Below are positions 8,995 through 18,476 of a stretch of DNA of 64,000 bases, one piece after another. The DNA comes from Candidatus Nealsonbacteria bacterium DGGOD1a. GTDB taxonomy: Bacteria; Patescibacteriota; Minisyncoccia; Minisyncoccales; UBA5738. The notes under the pieces were generated by a model, which saw nothing but the letters and a program-made list of their open reading frames with translations, ran no database searches and had not been told where the DNA came from. The stretch lies in assembly GCA_022530585.1 (NCBI GenBank), contig CP092821.1, positions 905,128 through 969,127 on the forward strand. The letters run 5' to 3'. Every line of letters begins with the position of its first letter. Positions within the stretch are counted from its first letter, which is position 1. A program made the position numbers and the translations under genes.

Positions 8995-9498
8995 TTAAGA
9001 CAATTTAGTTCGCAGTTCTTTCATTGCCCGATGGAGCAAAACCCGGGTGGCTTCTTCAGAGCGATCCAGAAGGTGGGACACCTCCTTGATCGGCATATCT
9101 TCAAGGTAACGCCAGATGATGGCGTTTTGGTAATCTTCGTTCAAATCCACCATGGCTTTGCGCACGGTTTCCATATCCGAAGCCAGAACCGCTCGCTGTT
9201 CCAGATCAACCTTGGTATCAGCCAGCTGGCTCTCGACCAGCTCCGGCGAAACCGTTTGAATCTTGGCTTTGGCGCGGTAATGGTCGATCACCAAATTTTT
9301 GGCGATTTTGTACAGAAAAGCCCGCGGGTTTTTAATTTCATTCGGATTTGTTTTATAACTCTCCCATCCTTTGGCGAAAGTTTCCGAAGTCAAATCCTGC
9401 GCGATTTCCTTTGAATTCACGCGCAAAAAGACAAACCGGTAGATTTTTTCCACATGGTCGTCATATATCCGGCTGAATTTTCCCTGAATTTTATCCAT
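8995..9498 (-). CDS. RNA polymerase ECF-type sigma-70 factor
   Basis: Region 2 (IYRFVFLRV..AQDLTSETFAKGW) and region 4 (IIWRYLEDMPIKEVSHLLDRSEEATRVLLHRAMKEL) signatures. Track start 9507 is TTG; first ATG is 9498. Confidence 0.85.
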   Translation of the reverse strand: MDKIQGKFSRIYDDHVEKIYRFVFLRVNSKEIAQDLTSETFAKGWESYKTNPNEIKNPRAFLYKIAKNLVIDHYRAKAKIQTVSPELVESQLADTKVDLEQRAVLASDMETVRKAMVDLNEDYQNAIIWRYLEDMPIKEVSHLLDRSEEATRVLLHRAMKELRTKLS

Positions 9499-9631
9499 AA
9501 TTATCAAACAGCATAATTACCGCTTGTTTTATAAAGCGGCTTAATCAATCGTGTCCTATCAAATATATCACAATTCCCGACAAAAAACAAGCTAAAAGCT
9601 ATTGACAAATCGGCGACACACTGATCTAATT

Positions 9632-10480
9632 TTATGAAATGTTGATCTTTAATTTATAGGCCGTAGTGTTGCGTTCGCCTGTTCTTTCGATCAACCCCTG
9701 TTTTAACATTGAACGGAAATCGCGGCGGATGGTTCTCTTGCTGATGGCCGGGAAAATTTTGAGAATTTCCCAAACCTGCGCGCTGCCGTTTTCCTTCAAA
9801 AATTCGGCAATCCGATTCTGGCGCGCGATCTGGCCGCTGGTTAATCCGCCCCTGTCGTCTTCATCGTCATCGTCATCGCTCTCGTTTTCTTCCTCGGACG
9901 GACTTTTGATTCCCCTTGCCGCCTTTGAAACCGAAACGACTTCAACCGTTTCCCCTTTTGCCGTAACGCCGGTTTGCGGTTCGTTTGCGGGATTATCCGT
10001 TGCCGACAAAACCGATTCGGGTACAATCATCGGCGCCGCCGACTGCCGAAGCTCCACGCTCTTCGGCAAAGGACAAATTATTCGGGCGTCCATTCTTCCC
10101 GCGGCCACCGACTCGAAATCCGCGGCCGCGGCTTTTGATTCGCCGTTTTGCGATTTTTCTCCTCCCAAGACATTTCTCGCTTCTTGACGCGACATTTCAA
10201 TTTCATCCAAGGCCGGAACGATTCGCGCGTAATCGTTTTTCAGCTCGTTAATCTTTGCCGGCGAAACCCAATCCTGCGAAACCGCAATCTGGAAATAATC
10301 GTCCATCACCTCCAAAAGCCGCTTCAAATCATCCAAATAACCGTTATTTTCCATAACAAATTTGGCGATGATATCATCGGCGATCTCCCGCATCTTATAG
10401 CGCAGCGGCTCGCGCGCGGGAAAAAGAACGGTCAACCGGTAAACATCTTTGGCAAGTGTCGTAAGAGTATTTTTGTCCAT
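9632..10480 (-). CDS. Winged-helix (DeoR-type HTH) protein with acidic linker
   Basis: C-terminal IAEFLKENGSAQVWEILKIFPAISKRTIRRDFRSMLKQGLIERTGE and a D/E run (EEENESDDDDDEDD). Start moved to ATG 10480, which has GGGGGA 8 nt upstream. The upstream track codons lie in repeat 10515-10641. Confidence 0.6.
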   Translation of the reverse strand: MDKNTLTTLAKDVYRLTVLFPAREPLRYKMREIADDIIAKFVMENNGYLDDLKRLLEVMDDYFQIAVSQDWVSPAKINELKNDYARIVPALDEIEMSRQEARNVLGGEKSQNGESKAAAADFESVAAGRMDARIICPLPKSVELRQSAAPMIVPESVLSATDNPANEPQTGVTAKGETVEVVSVSKAARGIKSPSEEENESDDDDDEDDRGGLTSGQIARQNRIAEFLKENGSAQVWEILKIFPAISKRTIRRDFRSMLKQGLIERTGERNTTAYKLKINIS

Positions 10481-10514
10481 AGAAATATTCCCCCCGTACA
10501 TATTGTTATCTTGG

Positions 10515-10641
10515 ATTGCGAAACCATTAAATTCAAATACCGTTGAAGGTCTAACCCTTGCGATTACGCAAGGGACAGACCCCAAAAGCCAAGCGCGACG
10601 CAATGCTCAAAGCATTGCAGTAGCAATGCTTTGAGCATTGC
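10515..10641 (+). repeat. Family-2 nested-stem element (copy A), followed by a 42-bp palindrome
   Basis: ATTGCGAAACCATTAAATTCAAATAC..GGTCTAACCCTTGCG-ATTA-CGCAAGGGACAGACC (core 10548-10581)..CCCAAAAGCCAAGCG. Then GCAATGCTCAAAGCATTGC-AGTA-GCAATGCTTTGAGCATTGC (10600-10641). Confidence 0.85.
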
Positions 10642-10718
10642 AAAAATATCCAACCGCGCAAACCGAGTATATTATTACTTTTACACTGTTTTTAAAATTT
10701 GTCCAAAACGGAAATCAA

Positions 10719-11435
10719 TCAGTTTTCAACTCCGGGAGTTCCGCCCGGAACCGCGCTCGTTTTCCAGAATAAACTCGGCAGGCGCGCCATGGTTTTTTTG
10801 ACCGCGTTATCCCCCGCCGGCCATTTGGCTGCGGCAAGAACCGAATCGCGCAACCGGCAATCCGCGTCAAAAAGATACAGCGCTTCATTCGAGTTCCCCA
10901 GACCGCCGGAATAGATTTTATCCGCGGTAATTCCAACAACCGATTCGTCATCGGTTCTTTCCAATAAATACAAACCTCCGACCGGTAAAATTTCACCTTC
11001 GCCGAACGAAATTTTTATTTTCCGGTTTTTATTCTGCAATTGCCAGCCGGAAATATCCAAATCCCGGCCGGAAACATTTTTCAATTCCATCCATTCGTCG
11101 CTGTAACTTTGCGCGGTTCCCATCCACGCCACTTCATTGATGATAATCTCTTTTTCCGGCGCCGGTTTTCCGGAAACTTCGCACCATTGAATCACCGGCT
11201 TTGCCGCCTTAACGGTCTTGGTTTTATCCGATCCCGTTTCCAATGTACCGGTTGAATTCGCGATCCGCGGCTTAATTTCGACCCATTGGCCGCCCGCGCC
11301 GAAAACCCGGCTCATATCCGCTCCCAGCGCCGCAAAACCAATCCCCTGCCGCGCCCAAATCAAGCCGCCCGCCAATAATCCGGCGGCCAATAATCCGACA
11401 ATAACAATATATTTCTTCTCAACATAAAAAATCAT
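10719..11435 (-). CDS. Lamin-tail-domain (LTD) protein, membrane anchored
   Basis: ATG confirmed, N-terminal TM. LTD signature IIINEVAWMGTAQSYSDEWMELKNVSGRDLDISGWQLQN. Confidence 0.7.
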   Translation of the reverse strand: MIFYVEKKYIVIVGLLAAGLLAGGLIWARQGIGFAALGADMSRVFGAGGQWVEIKPRIANSTGTLETGSDKTKTVKAAKPVIQWCEVSGKPAPEKEIIINEVAWMGTAQSYSDEWMELKNVSGRDLDISGWQLQNKNRKIKISFGEGEILPVGGLYLLERTDDESVVGITADKIYSGGLGNSNEALYLFDADCRLRDSVLAAAKWPAGDNAVKKTMARLPSLFWKTSAVPGGTPGVEN

Positions 11436-11508
11436 TATTCCATTATACCAACCTCATTGATTTTAACAAAAAAACCGCAACCGCGGCCTTTTTCTCCAAC
11501 CACAAAAA

Positions 11509-11620
11509 GAATCATCGCGCCCGCCGTTTTTCGGAACCCTGCGAGCGCGACGGCGCGAACACGAGGAATCCCGCCGCGGCGGGATATCCATGTTCCGAAA
11601 AACGGCGGGCGCGATGATTC
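11509..11620. other. 112-nt structured element: 29-bp perfect outer stem enclosing two GC hairpins
   Basis: GAATCATCGCGCCCGCCGTTTTTCGGAAC (11509-11537) pairs perfectly with 11592-11620. The interior holds CGCGACGGCGCG and the palindrome CCCGCCGCGGCGGG. Confidence 0.8.
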
Positions 11621-11627
11621 GCCGCCT

Positions 11628-12341
11628 CTATAACCCGCTCAATTCCCTGATCTTGGAAATCGGGATCACCGACACCTTGCCGGATTTATCGATATCGCAA
11701 ATGCCCATAATGTTGCCTTCGATATCAAACGCGGGCGCGCCCAGCGCCTCGGCTTTTTCATAGATATTGGTGTTTATCGCGTCGGGCGTAAAATCGCGGA
11801 CCAATCCTTCATTGACAAAATTATCTCCCGATGCCAACATCCCGGCCAAAAAGACCCTTTCTCCCGGGTCGAGATCGTCCACCCGGTAGAACCCGGCCGT
11901 GGACCAATTGGCATTTTCCAATTTCAAAATCACCAAGTTGAGCGCCTTGTCCCTTTTTAACACCTCGAATGACGCGGTTTTTCCGGCCGCGGTTATTTTC
12001 GCGGTCGCGCCCGCGGGAAACAAATCGTTGGGCAAAACCGCCAAACCGTCCGAGGTCAAAATCACGCCGGAACCATAGCTTGCCGCGCCCTTGGCGCCGG
12101 TGACTTTAACGCCGATCACCGCCCCGAAAACCTTGGCCGCCGCGTCTTTGAGCGCTTTGTTTTCCTGAATGGTCGTGATTTTGTTTTCGGTAACGCGCAC
12201 CGGCGGCAAGTTCTCCCCGTTATCCCGGTTGAAAGGCAACAGTCCCGCGCAATACGAAAACGCCAGCAAACCGCCCAGCGCCCCGCTCATCACCACCGCC
12301 GCCACCGCGGCCACTATCGTCGTCAATCGTTTGATTATCAT
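11628..12341 (-). CDS. Membrane-anchored trypsin-fold (HtrA-like) protein, apparently catalytically degenerate
   Basis: ATG confirmed, N-terminal TM. SYGSGVILTSDGLAVLPNDL resembles the GSGFI..DG.I.TN.HV block of HtrA, but the His is absent. No GNSGGP serine motif (EALGAPAFDIEGNIMGI instead). Confidence 0.5.
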   Translation of the reverse strand: MIIKRLTTIVAAVAAVVMSGALGGLLAFSYCAGLLPFNRDNGENLPPVRVTENKITTIQENKALKDAAAKVFGAVIGVKVTGAKGAASYGSGVILTSDGLAVLPNDLFPAGATAKITAAGKTASFEVLKRDKALNLVILKLENANWSTAGFYRVDDLDPGERVFLAGMLASGDNFVNEGLVRDFTPDAINTNIYEKAEALGAPAFDIEGNIMGICDIDKSGKVSVIPISKIRELSGL

Positions 12342-12374
12342 AATATTTTTTCCTTTTTTACCTCAAAAAACAGA

Positions 12375-12558
12375 ATCGCGCAATCGTTGTTTGTCGCAGC
12401 ATATGCGCGATGTCTCCCCATTTTGCGAATTTACGCAATAAAGAACGCGCATCGGAAAAAATCAGACTTGGGCGTGCCAAAAAGAGAAACCTCGCAGATT
12501 CGCAAATATGGGAGGACATCGCGCATGAGCCCGCTGCAACAAACAACGATTGCGCGAT
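12375..12558. repeat. 184-bp imperfect inverted repeat (arms ~56-61 bp)
   Basis: Left arm ATCGCGCAATCGTTGTTTGTCGCAGC..ATGCGCGATGTCTCCCCATTTTGCGAAT. Reverse complement of right arm ATCGCGCAATCGTTGTTTGTTGCAGCGGGCTCATGCGCGATGTCCTCCCATATTTGCGAAT. Confidence 0.85.
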
Positions 12559-12566
12559 CCGTACCG

Positions 12567-15275
12567 CTACGCCTCCACTTTCGCCGCCTTGCGCGTTTTG
12601 ATGTTCCTGACCGGCGAGTTTACGACAATCTCGTTGTTTTGGGCGTCCACCAAAACATTATCGCCGTCTTTAACCGTTCCGGAAACGATTTTCAACGCCA
12701 GCGCGTCCAAAACCAGCTTCTGAATCACGCGGCGCAACGGCCGGGCGCCCAAATTGGAATCAAACCCGCGCTGGGCCAGCATTTCTTTGGCCGCGGCGGT
12801 TATTGTCATACGGATGTTCTTTGAATGCAAGCGCTTGTCGACTTTTTGCAATTCCAAATCAACGATTTTGGTTATTTCCTCTTTGCCAAGATAATTGAAA
12901 ATCACGATCTCATCGACCCGATTTAAAAATTCCGGGCGGAAAGCCTCCTTTAAAACCGCCATCACCTTATCGTGAGTTTTTTCCTTGGTGATGTCTTCGG
13001 CGGATTGCATCGAAAATCCCAGCGACGCTTCCCGGGCGATGATATCCGACCCGATATTGGAGGTCATAATCAGAATCGCGTTTTTGAATGACGCCGTGCG
13101 GCCCTTGGCATCGGTCAAGCGGCCGTCTTCCAATATCTGCAACAAGATATTGAACACTTCCGGATGAGCTTTTTCGATTTCATCCAAAAGAACCACCGAA
13201 TAAGGCCGGCGCCGGATCTTTTCGGTCAACTGTCCGCCTTCTTCGTAACCGACATAGCCCGGCGGCGAACCGACAATCCGGGAAACCGTGTGCTTTTCCA
13301 TGTACTCGGACATATCCATCCGAATCAAAGCATTCTCGTCGTTGAACAGAAATTCGGCCAAAGCCTTGGCGGTTTCGGTCTTGCCCACGCCCGTCGGCCC
13401 CAAAAACATAAACGAACCCAACGGCCGGTTTTCTTCCGAAATTCCGGCGCGCGCCCGGCGAATGGCATTGGAAATCGCCGTAATCGCGGCCTCCTGGCCG
13501 ATCACCCGGCGTTTTAAAATATCCTCCAAATTTTGCAATTTGCGCGCTTCTTCCTCCATCAAGCGCATCACCGGAATCCCGGTCCAGCGGGAAACCACCT
13601 TGGCCACATCTTCCTCGGTCACCTTTTCTTTGAGAATCGGCCGATCTTTCTGAAACCGCGCCAATTTTTTTTCGGCGCCTTTCAATTCCTTTATCAACTG
13701 GGGAATCTGGCCGTATTTCAACTCCGCCACGCGCTGCAAATTGGCGTGAGACTCCTCCCGCTCGATTTCAAACCGATAATCTTCCAATTGTTTTTTCAAA
13801 ACTTTGATTTTGCTGATGGTTTCCTTTTCCGAATGCCACTTGGCTTCCAATGATTTTGACTTCTCGTCAAGATCGGCCAATTCGCGGTTAATCGCTTTCA
13901 ATCGCCGAAAAGTATTTTCATCGCGATCGTTTTTAATCGCTTCGTATTCCACCCGCAAATGCTGGAGTTCTTTGCGCATTTTTTCCACTTCCGTGGGTTC
14001 GGATTCAATATCCAAACGCAGAGAGCTCATCGCTTCGTCCATCAGATCGACCGCCTTGTCCGGCAAAAACCGGTCGGAAATGTAACGCGCGGCCAAATCG
14101 ACGCACGCTTCCAGGCCTTTTTCGTCGATCTTCACGCCGTGGTGCAATTCGTATTTTTCCTTCAAGCCAAGCAGAATCAATTTGGCATCCTCGACCGACG
14201 GCTCGGCCACGAACACCGGCTGGAACCGGCGTTCCAAAGCCGGATCTTTTTCGATATATTTTTGAAATTCTTTCAAAGTCGTGGCGCCAATGGCTTTCAA
14301 TTCCCCGCGCGCCAGCGCCGGCTTCAACAAATTCGACGCGTCAATCGTGCCATCGGCCGCGCCCGCGCCCACCAGCGTGTGCAATTCATCAATAAAGAAA
14401 ATATAGCGGCCCGCGGCGCGATCCATTTCGCGCAACAGCGCCTTGACGCGGTCTTCAAACTCCCCGCGGTATTTCGTGCCCGCAATCAACGCGCCCAAAT
14501 CAAGCGAAATGATTTCTTTGTCGCGCAGGCTTTCGGGCGCCGCGCCCGAAACGATGCGCTGGGCCAAACCCTCGATAATGGCCGTTTTGCCAACGCCCGC
14601 TTCGCCGATGAGCACCGGATTGTTTTTGGTGCGGCGGCTCAACACTTGCATCAAGCGCCGAATCTCGTTTTCGCGGCCGATCACCGGGTCCAGCTTGCCC
14701 TGCCGCGCCAATGTGGTTAAATTGCGCGTGTATTTTTCAATAACCTGATATTTCGATTCCGGTTCCGGATCGGTAATGCGCTGGCCGCCGCGAACCTTCA
14801 TCAATTCTTTAAGAACAGCCTCATAATCCAATTCGCCGGTTTCCGGCGTCGCGAAACCCCCGTCGGAATGAATGAATTCGGCTTTGTCCAGAATTTCCTT
14901 GGCCTTGGTTTGCGTGCTCAAAAGCGCCAGAAAAAGATGCTCCACCGAAATGAATTCATCGCCCATTTTGTTGGCCTCCTCGCGGGCTTTGTCCAAAACT
15001 TTGGCCATATCCTGCGTCAGATAAAACTGGCCGAACGCCTGCGGGCTGGCGATTACGGGCAATTTGACCAAACCCGAAACCGCCCGGCGCTTCATATTCT
15101 CGGCGTCGACCGCCAAACGCTCCAATAAATTGAGAATCAAACTTTTGTCCTGCGACAACAGAGACACCAGCAAATGCAAAGCATCGATCTGCTGCTGGTT
15201 TTTTTCGCGCGCCAAATCCTGCGCGTATAGGATCGCCTCTTGAGCCTTGTGGGTAAAATTAGCCGCTGAATTCAT
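12567..15275 (-). CDS. clpB: ATP-dependent chaperone ClpB
   Basis: Two AAA+ modules ([24 protein letters not shown]), a long coiled-coil middle domain and a Clp_N start ([17 protein letters not shown]). Track start 15296 is TTG; ATG at 15275. Confidence 0.95.
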   Translation of the reverse strand: MNSAANFTHKAQEAILYAQDLAREKNQQQIDALHLLVSLLSQDKSLILNLLERLAVDAENMKRRAVSGLVKLPVIASPQAFGQFYLTQDMAKVLDKAREEANKMGDEFISVEHLFLALLSTQTKAKEILDKAEFIHSDGGFATPETGELDYEAVLKELMKVRGGQRITDPEPESKYQVIEKYTRNLTTLARQGKLDPVIGRENEIRRLMQVLSRRTKNNPVLIGEAGVGKTAIIEGLAQRIVSGAAPESLRDKEIISLDLGALIAGTKYRGEFEDRVKALLREMDRAAGRYIFFIDELHTLVGAGAADGTIDASNLLKPALARGELKAIGATTLKEFQKYIEKDPALERRFQPVFVAEPSVEDAKLILLGLKEKYELHHGVKIDEKGLEACVDLAARYISDRFLPDKAVDLMDEAMSSLRLDIESEPTEVEKMRKELQHLRVEYEAIKNDRDENTFRRLKAINRELADLDEKSKSLEAKWHSEKETISKIKVLKKQLEDYRFEIEREESHANLQRVAELKYGQIPQLIKELKGAEKKLARFQKDRPILKEKVTEEDVAKVVSRWTGIPVMRLMEEEARKLQNLEDILKRRVIGQEAAITAISNAIRRARAGISEENRPLGSFMFLGPTGVGKTETAKALAEFLFNDENALIRMDMSEYMEKHTVSRIVGSPPGYVGYEEGGQLTEKIRRRPYSVVLLDEIEKAHPEVFNILLQILEDGRLTDAKGRTASFKNAILIMTSNIGSDIIAREASLGFSMQSAEDITKEKTHDKVMAVLKEAFRPEFLNRVDEIVIFNYLGKEEITKIVDLELQKVDKRLHSKNIRMTITAAAKEMLAQRGFDSNLGARPLRRVIQKLVLDALALKIVSGTVKDGDNVLVDAQNNEIVVNSPVRNIKTRKAAKVEA

Positions 15276-15289
15276 ACCTTTAAAAACAA

Positions 15290-15352
15290 TTTTCAATTTT
15301 CAATTTCCAATTTTCATTGAATTTTCAATGAAACAATTTCCAATTTTCAAAC
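15290..15352. repeat. Family-6 AT-rich repeat (TTTTCAATTTTCAA / CCAATTTTCA type), copy 1
   Basis: TTTTCAATTTTCAATTTCCAATTTTCATTGAATTTTCAATGAAACAATTTCCAATTTTCAAAC, between the clpB start and the htrA stop. Confidence 0.8.
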
Positions 15353-15420
15353 AGATAAAAATTTGTTCAAAAATCAGATATTGGAAATTTAACAGAAATT
15401 TAAAATTAGAAATTCTTGGC

Positions 15421-16752
15421 TCACTGGTTTTCGCTCCGGTCGCCCAATACAACATCCGTGTTTATCTGGTCGGCGCCCCGTTGAACCTTCAAAGTCACTT
15501 TATCACCCGGATTATATTTTGCAATGATTTGAGCGAGCGGATTGGTCTGGGCGATCTTCTCGTTGTTTATTTCAAGAATTATATCCTGGTCTTTCAACCC
15601 GGCTTTCTGCGCGGGCGATCCGGCGACCACCGAAGCGATTTTGCTTTTGCCATCGGAATCGCCGGTCGTAATCCAGGCGCCGTAATCCACCGGCAGCTTA
15701 TTCTCTTCTTGAATCCGGCTATCGACGGCTGTGTAGTAAATCCCAAGATACGGATATGTGATCTTGCCCGTATTTTTCACCTGGTCGATATCGCGCTTGG
15801 CCACATTCACGGGAAGAACAAATCCGATGTTCTGGGCGCCGCTGGCCGTGGCCGTGTTAACGCCGATAACTTCACCTTTCAAATTCAATAACGGGCCGCC
15901 GGAATTGCCTTCGTTGATCGCCGCGTCGGTCTGAATCAAGTTATCCAAAGTTTCGCTGGTTCCGCCGCCGCCCGCGGTAATGGATCGTTGCAACCCCGAA
16001 ATCACTCCCACCGAAACCGTGTTGTTGAATTCTCCCAGCGCGTTGCCGATGGCGATCACGCTTTGTCCGATCTGCAAATTAGACGAATCGCCCAATTTTA
16101 CCGCGGGAAATTTTTGGCCTTCGGCACCGGTTATTTTAACCACCGCCACATCCTGGGTCGGATCAAGCGCCAAAACCTTGGCCGGATATTTTTTGCCGTC
16201 GGTGGTAATCGCGGTGTATTCGGCGCTCGAATCGTTCACCACATGTTTATTGGTTATGGCCATCCCGTCTTCGCTCACGATAAATCCCGAGCCCGCGCCC
16301 ACCTCCCGGCTTTGAGTGCCTTTCTGGCGCATCTGCGGCACTTGGAAATTGCCCCAAAATCCGAACGGATCAAAATCGTTTGACGGCGCCGAATAATATT
16401 GTTCGTAAACCGGCACATCCTTGGTAATTATGATCGATACCACCGCCGGCGAATAATCTTTAACCACTTTAATCACCGCGTCCTCCTGGGTCGTCTGCGG
16501 CTCGTATATAATCTTATTCCCGCCATCGGACGGCAAAGCGGTTCTTTGTTCCGATTCCGGCAATGAAAATCTTTTTATCAAATCTTCTATTTGGCCGTGA
16601 TAAAACGCGCCCAAGCCAAAACCGACAGCCAGCGCGAGGATCACGATAATCGCGATGATTAAGCTTCTTTTCTTTCCCTCCGGCTTGTTTTCAACCGCCT
16701 GCGTCGGCTCCATTGTTTTATTCTCGGTTGAATTAAGATCATACATTGACAT
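15421..16752 (-). CDS. htrA: HtrA/DegP-family serine protease with PDZ domain
   Basis: GSGFIVSEDGMAITNKHVV (His), GNSGGPLLNLKGEVIGVN (Ser), C-terminal PDZ (VVAGSPAQKAGLKDQDIILEINN), N-terminal TM. Track start 16770 is TTG; ATGs at 16752 and 16746. Confidence 0.9.
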   Translation of the reverse strand: MSMYDLNSTENKTMEPTQAVENKPEGKKRSLIIAIIVILALAVGFGLGAFYHGQIEDLIKRFSLPESEQRTALPSDGGNKIIYEPQTTQEDAVIKVVKDYSPAVVSIIITKDVPVYEQYYSAPSNDFDPFGFWGNFQVPQMRQKGTQSREVGAGSGFIVSEDGMAITNKHVVNDSSAEYTAITTDGKKYPAKVLALDPTQDVAVVKITGAEGQKFPAVKLGDSSNLQIGQSVIAIGNALGEFNNTVSVGVISGLQRSITAGGGGTSETLDNLIQTDAAINEGNSGGPLLNLKGEVIGVNTATASGAQNIGFVLPVNVAKRDIDQVKNTGKITYPYLGIYYTAVDSRIQEENKLPVDYGAWITTGDSDGKSKIASVVAGSPAQKAGLKDQDIILEINNEKIAQTNPLAQIIAKYNPGDKVTLKVQRGADQINTDVVLGDRSENQ

Positions 16753-16762
16753 AATCTTAATA

Positions 16763-16835
16763 ATTTTCAATTTTCAAACTCCAATTTTTGCGCCTCGGGC
16801 GCAAAAATTCATTGAAAATTGATAATTGAAAATTG
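16763..16835. repeat. Family-6 repeat, copy 2, with central GCGCC-TCG-GGCGC hairpin
   Basis: TTTTCAATTTTCAAACTCCAATTTTTGCGCCTCGGGCGCAAAAATTCATTGAAAATTGATAATTGAAAATT. The GC hairpin is 16790-16802, flanked by A/T runs on both sides (bidirectional-terminator-like). Confidence 0.8.
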
Positions 16836-16850
16836 TTTTGTTACATAGCT

Positions 16851-17864
16851 CTATTCCCAAAGTTTCTTCGCTTCTTCCCAAAATTGCGGTTGATCGCGCT
16901 TTTCCTTCATCCAATACCACCACTCCGACCCCCATAAATAGAATGTGTCAAAGCCGGTGTTTTTGGCGAATTCGATATTGTTTTTGAATTGTTTGATGTC
17001 CATGGTCTTGGCATCGCTGTCGCCGCCATCGTAAAGCTGATTGGCCGCCCACGGTTCGGCCTGCAATTCGCCGCAAATAACTCGCTTTTTAAAAACCAAA
17101 CCGATAATTTTGGATTTCACCCAATAAAACGCCGGCGGGATCGGATAGGTAATATAGGTTTTTATTTCATGAAAATACACCCGGCGGTACATGGTTACCG
17201 CAACGGTATCACCGATCATGGCGGCGTTGAACCACCACGAACCCTCCCCGCTATCCGATATTACAACACGACGCTTTTGCTCGTCAAGAGACCGCGCCAG
17301 CGCCGCTTCTTTTTTTAAAAAATCTTTGTCGATCCACGGACAATCGCCGAATTGAAACAGCGGTTCGTTTTCAACCTGCCAAGAATCCACCGCGGAATTA
17401 CCGCGATAATGCAACACCAGCGCTTCCAGCATCGCCAATATCTTTTCCTGTTGCCGTTCCTTGCCGATGTTCTTGGCCCATTCGGGCACATGGCATTCGG
17501 GCCAGCGCGGCGTTTTCATGCCGATGGCCAGCATAACTTTGGCGTTATGGAGCTTTGCCTGTTCCATCTGCCAATCAAGATCGGAAAAATCATAAACGCC
17601 ATCCTGCGGCTCGATCAAATCCCAGTGCGCCGCGATCTTTAAATTCTTGACTTTCAAATCATCCAACAGCGCCAAATAGGCCTCTTCCCAGTCCAACCCC
17701 ATATCCTTGGCATGTTTTTGCGAAAACGCCGCCCCCCAAGTAATGTTTTTTGCCATAGCCGCTTTATACATATACAAAAACCCGATCGCCAAGGCTAATG
17801 AAATTATTACCAGCCATAAAACAATTTTCTTTCGCATTAGTATATTATACCAAATTTTTCCCAT
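16851..17864 (-). CDS. Clan GH-A TIM-barrel glycoside hydrolase-like protein (GH5/GH42-like), anchored
   Basis: WQVENEPL (NEP acid/base-type motif), ...AAHWDLIEPQDGVYDF..., N-terminal TM. Track start 17879 is TTG; first ATG 17864 (alternative 17837). Confidence 0.55.
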   Translation of the reverse strand: MGKIWYNILMRKKIVLWLVIISLALAIGFLYMYKAAMAKNITWGAAFSQKHAKDMGLDWEEAYLALLDDLKVKNLKIAAHWDLIEPQDGVYDFSDLDWQMEQAKLHNAKVMLAIGMKTPRWPECHVPEWAKNIGKERQQEKILAMLEALVLHYRGNSAVDSWQVENEPLFQFGDCPWIDKDFLKKEAALARSLDEQKRRVVISDSGEGSWWFNAAMIGDTVAVTMYRRVYFHEIKTYITYPIPPAFYWVKSKIIGLVFKKRVICGELQAEPWAANQLYDGGDSDAKTMDIKQFKNNIEFAKNTGFDTFYLWGSEWWYWMKEKRDQPQFWEEAKKLWE

Positions 17865-17969
17865 AAAAAAATTTGGCAATTAAAGAAAATGTCCATACAT
17901 CGGATGTCTGGACATTTTAAACCGCGCCGAATTTAGGCGCGGGTTTAGTCTTTTCCCAAAAGATAAACG

Positions 17970-18185
17970 CTAAACATTATTCCAATCGTCGTAACTGATT
18001 TCGGCTTGTTTAAGAATTTCTTTAAGTAACGGCACGCCGATAGCATCGCTTCCGTGCGGCGACGGAATACTGACTTTCAAAGTTCCTTTTTTCATAAAGC
18101 GATGCTTTCCTCCGCTTAGCGGGCCTTCAAATCCCAATTTCTTGAACTTTTTTATCAAAATTCGGCCAGAAACGGGATTAAGCAT
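17970..18185 (-). CDS. hicA: Type II toxin HicA
   Basis: 71 aa, ATG confirmed. KKFKKLGFEGPLSGGKHRFMKKG...IPSPHG...VPLLKEILKQAEISYDDW matches the HicA/YcfA pattern. Overlaps hicB by 8 nt. Confidence 0.85.
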   Translation of the reverse strand: MLNPVSGRILIKKFKKLGFEGPLSGGKHRFMKKGTLKVSIPSPHGSDAIGVPLLKEILKQAEISYDDWNNV

Positions 18186-18429
18186 ATTGTTTTGTCAGAA
18201 CTCGCTTTGTTTTAACTGACGGCGTTAATCCGGGGATTGAATCGCCATCGGTCAATTTCAACAATATCCATTCTTCCAGCACTTCTTGCAATCCCTGCCG
18301 GCAAATTTCCAATGTTTTTCCATCCGCCCAAACTCCTTTAAGGCCAGGAATTTCGCCAAAATAAGTTCCATCTTCCAAAATCTTATAGGAAGCTTTTTTA
18401 AATTGTGATTCTATGTATTGGGTAATCAT
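18178..18429 (-). CDS. hicB: Type II antitoxin HicB-like (UPF0150)
   Basis: ...YFGEIPGLKGVWADGKTLEICRQGLQEVLEEWILL... is the typical HicB N-domain. Track start 18441 is TTG; ATG at 18429. Confidence 0.8.
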   Translation of the reverse strand: MITQYIESQFKKASYKILEDGTYFGEIPGLKGVWADGKTLEICRQGLQEVLEEWILLKLTDGDSIPGLTPSVKTKRVLTKQYA

Positions 18430-18476
18430 ATTGTTTATCAAATTGTTTTTTGATTATACAATTGGCCGGCGAATAG

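Noticed and set aside
12358-12824. ORFs 12358..12546(-), 12387..12824(+) and 12410..12601(+)
   Set aside because: They lie in the 184-bp inverted repeat and run antisense into the clpB 3' end. There are no coding features.
12985-15128. Numerous plus-strand ORFs inside clpB, and similar antisense ORFs inside nrdD, hisS, htrA, ftsA, topA, iorA, murA and others
   Set aside because: They lie entirely within, and antisense or out of frame to, genes with unambiguous conserved motifs. Their composition (Arg/Phe/Gln-rich) is typical of shadow ORFs.
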